From assembly GCA_964106645.2 (NCBI GenBank), contig OZ067043.1: a stretch of 64,000 nucleotides of DNA, one strand, 5' to 3'. Made by a program: the position numbers and the translations under genes. The notes under the pieces are model-generated. The model searched no databases, was not told the origin of the DNA, and worked only from the letters and a program-made list of their open reading frames with translations. This DNA comes from Podarcis pityusensis (taxonomy: Eukaryota). Positions 1-11,300 of this stretch are shown piece after piece; within the stretch, counting starts at the first letter, position 1; every line of letters begins with the position of its first letter.

Positions 1-224
1 GATAGGCAGCCCCGCTCCTGCTTGCATGCAAGTAGGAGTTGGGAGGCTGCTCCGATAGGCAGCATGATGCCTCCCTTCACAGCTTAGTTCCTGGGGTCAG
101 GGAAGGTAGAGGTAGCCCGGAAGCTGCATCTTAGAGCCCCTGCACCACCATCATATGGGGACTTCCAAGCAGCTCCTGAAGCCAGCCAGAGCCAACTGCT
201 ACGGGCTGCTGAGACTGCCCTGCT

Positions 225-341
225 GCGTTTCGCAGGGACATTAGATGAAATCCGGGGACATTCCACGGATGGAATTTGTCCGGAGACTTATTCGCAAATC
301 TGGGGACTGTCCCCGGGAAATGGAGACATCTGCTAACCCTA
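225..341. mobile_element. End of a hAT (Tip100-like) DNA transposon remnant
   Basis: Repeated GGGACA subterminal motifs ending in GACATCTGCTAACCCTA. Confidence 0.45.
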
Positions 342-899
342 AGCCATAGTCCACTTACTTGGACACCACATACCTGTATAACCAGTGCTGGATTACCCAA
401 TAGGCAGACCCATTTTGTGCGTAGGGAACCAGCAAAGCAGGAGTGCAAATTTGTGTGTGTGTGTGCACCTGCACCTGCACAAGGAGATCAGATCCTGTCA
501 TATGCTGCAATAAATTTATGGGATTTTTAAACTTTCATTTCATTTCATTTCATTTTGTATTACATATGGGGGGCGGGCACTGTAATATTTTCAGTGTTTA
601 GGGCCCCTAAAGGTCATAATCTGGCCCTACATATCTCTGAAAACAAGATCCCCTTCCCTGCATAGATTCTGCTTTTTGTTTCCCTAAACCAGCAAATTGG
701 CTACATTGCTGATATAGATGCCAGAGGCTATCACAGTATTTTCTGCTGTTGTTTTTGCTTTTTGCAGCTGCAAACATTTAGCCATTGCACCACTACCAAT
801 TTACAGCCTCTTTTTTTTCTCACAGCCTTGAAAAGAGGCAAAACAGCAGCTGCAGAATGCAATGGGAGTATTGCAAGATAGCATGGCAATGCGGAGCCT

Positions 900-2630
900 T
901 TATCAGCTCCATTGAGAGATCTGGGATTCCACAGGGACGTAATCCTATTCGTGGGAACCCCGTCTTTGGAACCAACAGCGGGCGGCGGGGCTATTGCAGC
1001 CAGAGCCGTCCTCAAGGCCCTTCCTTGGAAACGGATGTTGCGCCTTGCCATTCTGCAGGACGGCGCTTCCTCCATTCATATGGCAAAGCGATGCGCAACA
1101 ATGCCTGGCGGCATTCCTCTCCCTGCCAAGCGCGCACTGCGTGATCCCTAGGAATAGAATATGCCCCTGGCTTGTCAGGAGGAAGCCGGAGCGTAAGGAG
1201 CAAGAGGTCATGAAATGACAATGGAGAAGTGGGGGGGGGGGGGGTTTGCAGATCTGAAAGCCTCTGCCGCAAAGAACATTCTGGTAGGGGGAAAAGAAAG
1301 TTTGCAGGGGTGGAGTGGCAAGGAGGTCTCTCCTCCCCTATGATGGCAGCTGCCTCGCGTGGCCTGGAGGGAGGCATCAGTCAGCCTAGCAGACCAGACC
1401 TCCTCCTTCCACCTTCCCGAGGAGGAGGAGGATCCGGGCCCCGGCTCCGCCTCTCCGCAGCTCTCGCCGCCGCACATTCATTCGCCTCTCTGCAGCCGGG
1501 AGCCTGGAGGAGCCTAGCCAGGGGGAGGGGAGGCTGCTTTGCTGGGCTCGGTGCTGCCGCTGGGTGATCCAGCCTGCTCCCGGGCTGCGAGCGCGAGAGA
1601 GCCCTCCCCTCCCTCCCTCCCTCCGAGCTCCCCGCCTTGCAGCAGCCAGATTCCCCCACCGGCACTTTGGATCCCCTCCGCTCCTCCGTTCCTCCCATCC
1701 CCGGATCCGGACACATGGAACTGCTGTGCGTGGAGGGGGTGATCCGGGCCAAGCGGGATCCGCAGCTGCTAAGGGACCGCCGGGTCCTGCAGAACCTCCT
1801 GAGTCAGGAAGAGCGCTACAGCCCCCGGGTCTCCTATTTCCAGTGCGTGCAGAAGGAGATCCAGCCCTACATGCGGAAGATGTTGGCTTTTTGGATGTTG
1901 GAGGTCTGTGCCGGGATCCCGTTGCCCCCCTCCCCCTCATGCCCTGCGTCGTCCCTTCCGCTCGCGGGATCAGATCCCGGCTCGCACGACACCCTTTCCC
2001 TTACTTCCCATTAAGGCCGGGTTTACTCTGGAGTAAGGCTCTCTGGGTTGCCCTGGGCGAGGACATCTAGGATCACAGCCCGATCCTGGGCGTACTTACT
2101 CTGGAGTAAATCTCGTGCAGTTCAATGGAACTGGCGCCCCTAGGTGAAGTGCGCGTTGGATTGAGGCCTTGCGATCGGCTGGATCCGGCGAGAGAGCCGG
2201 GGTGGGGGATTCAACCTCTTCTGAAAACCGGGTGGGGGGACGTTTTGGAGCAGTAGGTGAGGGGGATCGAAGACTTATTATAACCGGAACCGATGCGTCT
2301 TAAAACAGGCGGGTACGTGGGCCAGCTTGCCTGGGTTGGAGAGAGGCCGGTGGGTCGTGATGAGCGTGGATGGGAATGACTGAAGCAGAGCTCCAAGAGG
2401 CCTGTGTGTCCCCCTCCGGTTCTGTCTTTCGGTGCAGGGGCAGTTCAAAAGCACCCTGGCATGCACCTTTCCTCCGCAGTGTGCAACGTGACCTCTAGGG
2501 GTCGCCAGTCGCTCGCCCGGTTCGTGCGCAAGATCATGGGGTTGATTAATCTCCCCGCAGTTAAAATCTACAAATTGACAAAACGAGGGTCAGGATGAAG
2601 AGGCAGCGGCAAGGGAGGCTGCGAGTCCAG
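900..2630 (+). promoter_or_regulatory. CpG island covering the CCND3 promoter and exon 1
   Basis: High GC and CpG density around the start codon compared with AT-rich flanks; G-tracts and GGAGG/CCTCC motifs. Confidence 0.8.
1715..1903 (+). CDS. CCND3: CCND3 coding exon 1
   Basis: ATG at 1715; MELLCVEG...AFWMLE; donor GT at 1904. Confidence 0.95.
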
Positions 2631-5600
2631 GGTGACACAAATACTAAGATCATCTCCACCTGGGGGGGGGGGGGCTATTTTAAACGTATTGCATCAAAAG
2701 TAAAAGTTGGGTAAAGGTTTGCTCCGCATGTCAGGCAAATAAATGTTGTGGGTTAGTATCAGAAATGGAACTGGGGTAGGTTCGCTGCCTTAATTCAGGT
2801 TGCACTGCTTTGCAGCAGGCAGAAGTTCAACAGGCAAAGCTTTCCCAGACTTGGAAATGGAGAGAGCAGCACTTGAAGAGCCTACGGGAGACAGGGCTGT
2901 TATGCTTGCCTTGCAATTGGTTTCTTTAAGAGACAAGTGCTGTGTGGATGCACATATCCCCCCCCCCTTCTCCCTGTAAACGATTGCTCTTGAAAAGTAT
3001 TCAGAATAAATTGTCATTTGTCCTCTGTGTCAGGAAGTTAATAAATTCAGGCTTGTAAAAAGTAGCTTTCCCAATTGCCTGTGGCAGGTAAGAGTGGCCT
3101 CCATAGAAAGTAATTGATTCCCCAAAGTACACTTTTTGGCTGTCCTTGTAGGCAGGTAGACTAATAAAGAGTTTTTGGTTTTTGAAGTATGACATTTTGT
3201 TGGTTTATTTGTAGGGCTGGGCTATTTTTTTTTAATTTCATAGATATTTAAAACGGATGACTGAGGTTAATATCAAAATCTTAGAAAGTTCCTCCTTTAT
3301 TGCACCCATTTTACAGAAGTGTAAATTGCTTCAGTGTCACTTAAAGAAAAATGATGAAGCAAAAATGGCAGCAGATCCATACAAAAAGTGCCTCATAGGA
3401 TATAGGAAAACTGCCAGCAAAGAAAAATGGGCTTCTGCAAAAGGAGAAACCTCAGTGTTTCATTTACTAAGCTGACTTAATTCATTGTGGGCAGCGCCTT
3501 GGTAACAGTCTAGCCAGTGGTCGGAATAAGGGACTGGAAGTCAGAAGTTTTTTTGGTTTGCATTTGAGGAGAAAGGTCTTAGTTAATGCAGTGCTGTCTT
3601 CATCTGATGGCTTCCTTTGGGCAAGCACCAGTCAAATCAATGGCACAAGTCTTAAGAGGTTGAAGGCTGGGCTCATATTGTTTTGCAGCCAGAGGAATTT
3701 GGGATAAGATGGGTCTGAATGGTTGGGCTCTTACTCATTGTGTGTGAGATGCTACCAGCATTTTCAAACCCCAATTCCTCACTCTATATTCAAAATCTGA
3801 AACATTTGGACTTCTGTACTCCATACATGAAACTTGAATATATGGAATCTGAGGGTGTTCATTGCCTCTGCTAGGTAAATGCTCCAGGGATTGTTCTGTT
3901 GTTGTTTTTATTAATGTTGTTAGTTCCCTTGACTTTGTTTGGTGGAAAGGTGGGGTTATGATTAATAAAAAGGGAGGCTTACTAAGTTGGTTTGTTAATA
4001 TGCCTATTTTACAGAGCAGTAAATTGCCTCACTGTCTCTTCAAGAAAAATAAAGAGGTAAAATATAAATCAATAAATCAGAGTGCTACAACAGCATGGTT
4101 TAAGTAGTTAATATCATAAAATCACCATATGACATGGATATTTTCTGTTAGAAAATGCTACAAATCCTTCTCTAAAGAACTGAAAATTACAGTACCTGAG
4201 TGTCTTGTATCAACTTTTATGTGTTTTTACAGGTTCCTATGGAGAAGGGAACTATTCCCATTTTACAGAAAATATAGTATGGCTCAGTGAAGTCACTAAG
4301 TTTGTCTTGCTTTCTCTTTGCACCTTAATAGCAACTATTTTTGAAACCTTCATACAGAGGCTACAGTGGATGGCTGTTTCATTTATAAACCCTCTTTTTT
4401 GTTGTTTTTGTCAGGTTTGTGAGGAACAGAAGTGCGAAGAAGAGGTTTTCCCCTTGGCCATGAATTACGTGGATCGTTACCTGTCCTGTGTCCCCACCCG
4501 CAAAAACCACTTGCAGCTTCTTGGGGCTGTGTGTATGCTCCTGGCCTCCAAGCTGCGAGAAACCATGCCTTTAACAGTGGAGAAACTCTGCATTTACACA
4601 GACAATTCCATCACCCCGCGTGAAGTTTTGGTAAGCTGTTTCTTCCTCTTCAGTTACAAGATTCCTTCTCCCTGTTTCCACAGGCCTACTTTCGCTGCCA
4701 CTGAATCATGGATTGGCGCTCTAGTTGCTGTTTTCCATGCATCCTATATGTTTCCTTTCTCTTGCTACACCCAAGTAGACATGATGCTTTTCCATGCCTG
4801 TGGGAACCACAATTTTTCTATTCTTGATTACGTCCCCATCGTAATAACTCAGCTGTTGATTATTTTGTATGCACAGTTCACCTGAGATTTCACTCATCCC
4901 ATTTAACCAGGTTTGTTTGTTTAAATAATATTTATTACTTTTAAACCTTACAAAAAGGAGAAAAGTAAAGAAGAAAGAAAAAAAAAGGAAAAGCAAAAAA
5001 CCCCAAAAAATACAGTACAATATATAATCAATACACAACACAACATTAATATTAACACATTAAACAAAACAAGAGCAAAAACAATTCAAAAAACACACAT
5101 CATACCATCTCATATCCTCTCTTTCATTCCCTTGTTTCATCGACCTCCTCTCACCTCCCTTTTTGTATTTCATTTCTATTAATTATTTCAGCAAATCCTT
5201 TCCATCTTTCTCTATTTTCTGTCATGTGATTATCTTAACATATTTTAACCTTATTTTCCATTAATACTATAATACTTATTTATGCTTAATTCATTAAAAC
5301 ATTTCTACTAAAGCCGTATAATTCCCTCCCAACATTTTTCTAACACTCATTAATTTTACATTATTTCCATATATAGATTTTAAACTTTTTCCAATATTCT
5401 TCCACCGTCTCTTCTCCCTGGTCTTGGATTCTGCCAGTCATTTCTGTCAATTCCATATAGTCCATCAACCTGGTGATCTTCTGTCCGAGGCTCTTAACTC
5501 TTTTCCAAGTCCATTTAACCAGGTTTGTTCCCAATGCACAATTTATATTGGAAAGAAGCCTGTGCCCCTCTCATATTCTCTTGCAATGAGCCAGGAATTG

Positions 5601-8326
5601 TGCAGGATGCAGTGTTTGAAGAGGACACACTAGCTAACCAATTCTATTTGGGACAGAACATGCTACTCTGAATCCAGTAACTGTTTGCACTGTCCCTTTG
5701 ATGTTGGCTGCCCTGGAATGTTTGGGACAAACACTGAATTTTGCAGAGGTAGCAAAATCTGATTTACCGAACTGAACGGTCATTGTTGAAGTGCAGACAT
5801 TATAGCAGCATCGCCATTGCCAGTAGCAGGTCTAGTTGTGAATCAGTAGCATGATGAACAGGCATAAATGTATCCTATGGAAAATGGTACTTCTTCAGTA
5901 GAGCTTCCATAAGTATGGGCAGGATGCTCTGTTCTCAAGGTATGGCCATATTCTCTGGAGATGATCTGATGGCAAATAGTTTCTCTACCGACAGGTAAGT
6001 CATCAGTTGTTAGACTAAGGCTACAGTTCTGTACCTACTTACCTGGATGTAAGCACCATTCAACTCAATGGGTCATACTTCTGAGAAGACATGCATGGGA
6101 TTCTGCTGTGAGCGCGAATCTAAATTTTTAGCCAATGACGGGTGCACTGGTTAATAACCTGACAGTTCTTTCAAACTGCGGACTTCATATTAATGCAATG
6201 CATGTTCTGAAAATGTTAAAAAAGGAGTCCAAAGATTCTCTGCTGCTGAGTTTTCACTGGGTCTTCTGACTGAACCTTTTGGATTGAATGTGGCGCTGGA
6301 CTTCTAGAGACCAAAAGCCTCTATTGGGAGGCACGTTAAATTCAAGCATGAGTTGCAGTGTTACTTACAGCCCTATCTTATGCATATTTGCTAAGAGGTA
6401 AGTCCTGCTGTGTACAGAAGGCCTTCCTCCCTAATAATTGCATTTAGGATTGAGAGCCTAATTAGGGGTGAAAGATTGGCTGGTTTGTCAGGGCAATGAA
6501 GAGCTCTTAGCGTTTAGAACAAATCCCCTTGGGAAAGGAAAGTTGTGTCTTCTCTTTGAGGGACTTCTGCAGGACTGTACTTCTTTAGGAGACGGCAATC
6601 CGTTGACATCAGCAGGATGGATTGATTTAAATCAGGGACATTTAAACCACCAAAGCAAAGGGACTAAACAACTGATTTAAACCAAATTTCCAACTTCCTA
6701 ATTCATATATTTCCTGAACATATAAACATTCTACTTGGTTGCTTTTAAGCATTAAAACATAATCAGTTTGCCACTAAATAGAGCTTCTATACATAATACA
6801 GCATCTCTAGTCTTGCTTTTATAATCTTTAGGACAGCATTTTTCTGTTTAGTTTTATAAACATGTAAACAAAATCATTCACATAATACAAAATCTCTGGT
6901 TTCCCATTTTCCACTACAGAATTTATTTTAGGTATGATTTCTGTTTTGCTGTCCTTATGCACATGTAAGGAACCTAAGCAAAATTGTTTACTTGAAGACT
7001 ACGTAACCAGGATTTTGCTTAAGCAAGGGCTGGAAATTATGCTTGAAAGGCTGGGGGTAAATATTCACAATTTGCACAATAAAAAATATAATGCATGGCC
7101 CATTGGGTCATGCTTAAACTTTTGATTTCCAAAGTAGTGTTTTGTTCTTCTGTCATTCTTAATAGAGAAGTAGGTTAACAATATTCTTGATAAAGTGTGG
7201 TGGGTTTACTTTTAAAAGATGATGAATGTAGCCTTTTAATGTGCTTGTTTGTATTACATTCAGATACCATTTTATATTGTGTGTGTTTTAGATGATACTT
7301 AATGTAACTGAAATCCAGGCAGAACAATCCTAAGCCTAAGTTGGAAATGTGGGGGGCCACCACATCCAAAGCTCTGCTGCTTCTGCTGACCAGGGCAAAA
7401 GGAGGCCGGTTGTATTTCATTTTTTGCTGTACCATCTCTAGATTGGCACAGTTGAGGGCCCCATGCCAGGCCCCTTTCATGAGAATGGAATTGCTTAGGA
7501 TCCAGCCCTATCCCACCCCTGTAATGCTCAGTTTCAGGGCCCTACCCTGGCTACCCCTAGCAGAGTAGCATTCAGCCTGCCATGTTTTGTGCAGCAGTGG
7601 CAGCTATATCCCAACCCACAAATTGTGGGGCTAGGCTTATGCAGTTAATTTTTTGTAATCTGATTTAAATATTTTAAAATCTGGCTTTATATATACAGCC
7701 ACTTTTTGACTGCAGTGCATGTCACTCAGTGTGCCAGATGTTCTTTCAGAAAGGTTGCCTATAGAGGCAAACATTGGTAATCACCACCTGGTTGGAATTT
7801 TCTGAAAGGAGGCTGAGATGATCTGTGAATGACCTTGTCTGACAAATTAGAATGTGTGGGTAGAGAAGAACAGAGATATGATGTCAGAGCAGTTAGGATT
7901 TTTCTTAATGCAGATGCAAGCAGGGGAATCCCCATGGCTTCCATGGGCCTTCCTTTTTAGTACAGGCTAGGTGGTTGCAGGTTTGCTTGTACAGAAAGCA
8001 TTGCTGGGTTTTAATAGGCCGGGGCTAGTCATTGTAGTGCCCTCCAGATGTTTTGCCCCAGCCAGAAGGCTGATGAACAGGGATGATGGGTGTTGTAGTA
8101 CAGAACATCTGGAGGGCACCATGCTGGCTACCGCTGTACTACGTGTTCACGGGGGTGGGGAGGTTCTGCCCCGTTAGTGTTCAAAAGTTTCTCTAGCAAG
8201 GTATCTAGGTCTGCTGTGAATTTAAATTTCATACTTGTCTGTACCTTTGGTCCTAATCTTGTAGGATGGGCCATGCAAGCAGTTCCTGTTCACTCATAAA
8301 TGCCTCTAATTCATCTTGATATCTGA

Positions 8327-8379
<53 letters not shown>

Positions 8380-11300
8380 TGCCACCCATCTGGCTGGGTT
8401 GCCCCAGCTACTCTGGGCTGTTAATACTCCTTTGAACCTGTAAAGATGGGGGATGTTGTAGAAGCAACAGATAGCTGAGTACAACCATTGCTACTAAGAC
8501 AAAGATTCTGCTCATTGGGTACTATAGAGCAAGAAAATAGTAAGAAGAATGAGAACGTTCCTCTTGACTCAGCTTCCTCCCATTTCAGTTAGGATTCCAG
8601 ACTAGGCAGTGTTCTTAGGCCAAGTGTGTTGATCAGATATAAAGAAGCAGCTTTCAATGTTTTGAGACTGGCCACCTTTGCCCATTGGAAAACTATGCAT
8701 TGTGGCCATATTTCTGGTTGTGAGCTACAGCTGCCTGTCTCCAGGAGTAAGAAGAAAAGGTGGGTTTCTCTATTTAAAGGCATCACACATGCTAGGAAGC
8801 AAATCTTTAACACAAGATGAACCCAGAGTCGCTGTACATTGCCTAGTGCAGAAACAAAATAGAAGATTTCTGTTATTAGAAGCCAGTGGGTGAACAACCA
8901 GGAGACCAGGTTGTGATGGTAATTTGTCCCTTGATCCCAGACCTGCACTTGAAACACTGGTCTTCAGGAAGGGACTCTCAGGTGACTGAGGGTCAGTGGC
9001 TCCCTTGGGGAACGCTTGGGTGGCATCTGCCCCTGGGACTGAGAGTGTTAATGCTTCACTTACACAACCGCAGAGATCTGCTACTTCCCTCCTGTGTGCT
9101 AATAATGTCCCGTGCTTCTCTACTTTCACAATGGGGCAGTGAGAGTGATCCAGGGATAGGAAGGAGAAAGCGTCTTCATCAAGGTTTGGACAATGGCTAC
9201 ATCCTGGTGCCTTATCAGGATGTAGCATCAAGCCAGCTCCTCAGCCACTTCTGGAAGGAAAGCCGCCTCACTTTCCCAGTAGGTCAATTTCCTCTTGCAG
9301 AAAAGGAGGATGCCTGCTTGACAGCAGCTCAGCATTCAAGATCATGATGAAGTTATTCTTAGCAGGAGGAAATGATGCAACAAGGAATTTATCCACTTGA
9401 AGGAAGCTGGGTTTCCGTCCACGGGTATTATCTAAGTTGCCTTGCGCTTCATTCATTCAGCCAATTTGCTGCGTGTACATTTAGCTGCAGAGATGGCTAG
9501 AGGAGCATTTCATGTCAACAGGTCACAAGGTCTTTGGCTTGATGGGATCTGCTTTCACAGTTCATTCAATAACCATCTGGTCTGCCTAGCACTTGGGATT
9601 TTTGCTCTCTAAGATGCTCTGGACTGCTCCATAGATATCAGAGACTGTTTCTTCCCAAAGATCGTAAGCTGTGGCATCACCATGGGGAGCAAGAAAACTT
9701 TCCCAGTGTTTTAGAAATCTGTTGTGCTTCAATTGGCTCTTTATGAACTTCCCTGGGCATGAAGTGGTAGAATGAACTGTTCTACTTCAGGTTACAAAGA
9801 ATGTGTGCATGTCACATTTTTAATGCTCCCCAATAAAAAACATTCCCTACAAATAGGGAACAAAGCATAACAATAAGAGAGGGCTAACTTAGGATCTTTC
9901 TCTCTGATACGCTAGTATTTTTATCTATAAAGGCACCACATATATTCAAGCAGAATATTTGTGGCGAATATTTACATTGGAGAGCATTTAAAAAATGGCA
10001 CCCCTCCGCCTGCAGCCTGATGGTCCATCTGCTACTTCAGGATTCTATCGCTTCATTCATCTGCCTGCAAAAACCAGGCAGCTTCTGTTTCTTAAGGCTA
10101 CCCAGTAGGCACACTTCTTTTTCAACTTGGTAATGTGGATGTGGGTGCTGACTGTACCCTAAGCTATGAAGGGTACTGCTTGAAGTGGTTTCAGTTTTCA
10201 CCAAGGATTATAGCACCTTTAGCTTTCCTTTCTTGCAGAAGAGGCAACAGTGCACATTCAACTGAAGTTTCCTATTTGCACAATGGACTCCTTTCCTCCC
10301 TGTTTCACTATCTCTTGCTGAGTAGGTTGGGTGGCAAACTGCATTTGGGATAGTTGTCCTTTTCTGCAGTTTTTTTCTGGTAGTTTGATGTGTGGATATG
10401 CTGTTTTTGATGTGAAGAGGGAATCTGTTCCATAAAGTAACACATGGTGTAAAATTGCACTGTCAGAGTGCCTTTGGGACATCTTCAGAATCTGGATTTT
10501 AAACCCAAAGAATTTAAGAGGTGTCTCTGTGACGTAGCGCTGTCCATATATCTGTGGCTCACAGTAGCTGCTGCTATCCCAGTCCCAGTCACCATGTCTC
10601 CCAAGTGGCTGATCGTGCAGCTGTAGCATCATAAGAAAACATGGTGGCTGGAGCTGGCCTAGTGGCAGCCACTGCAGGCTTTTGGAGAAAGGTGGGAGAG
10701 ACCAATGGGTGGTGAAGGCGGGCAAGAACCAGAGAGCCAGTTGGAGATGCTTTAGAGGCCTGATGGAGCTCATCAGCTGCCTATTGAGAAATGTCTATAG
10801 AGGAAGTTGTGGTATTGAAAGTAAACTAAGGGTTCCATGGAAAAAAATGTAGAAAGAAATCTTGATGAGAAAGCAAGGGCAGACATGCGCAAAGTATATT
10901 CCAGAACGTTGTGTGTTTAGCCCTGTCCAAGATTCAGAAGGGGTCATGTGCAAATTCCACATAAGTTGTCCAGGTCTGTATTTTTCCCCTCTCCAGGGAT
11001 TATGATACAGAAGAAATGCAAAACTGCTCTTGAATCGCTCTGGGATTGATCCAGAGTAAATTAGTTGCCCTTGATCCCAGTAAAATCAACACAACTTGTT
11101 AGTCATGGCTTAAAACTTTGTTCCCATTGAAGCAAATGGGATCTAACTGCAATGTACTCCGTTTGGATCCAGCTTTCTTGAGTTTAGAATGCAGTTTGGG
11201 CTTTAGGCACAAAATCTGCTGATTGGGCAAATTGGAGGGGAGACACGTGCATGCAGAATGCCACAATTTCTCCCTTAAATGGCTTTTGTGTCAGATCTCT

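Noticed and set aside
731-2070. Many overlapping 80-180 aa ORFs around CCND3 exon 1
   Set aside because: Expected in stop-poor GC-rich DNA; only the frame from ATG 1715 has cyclin homology
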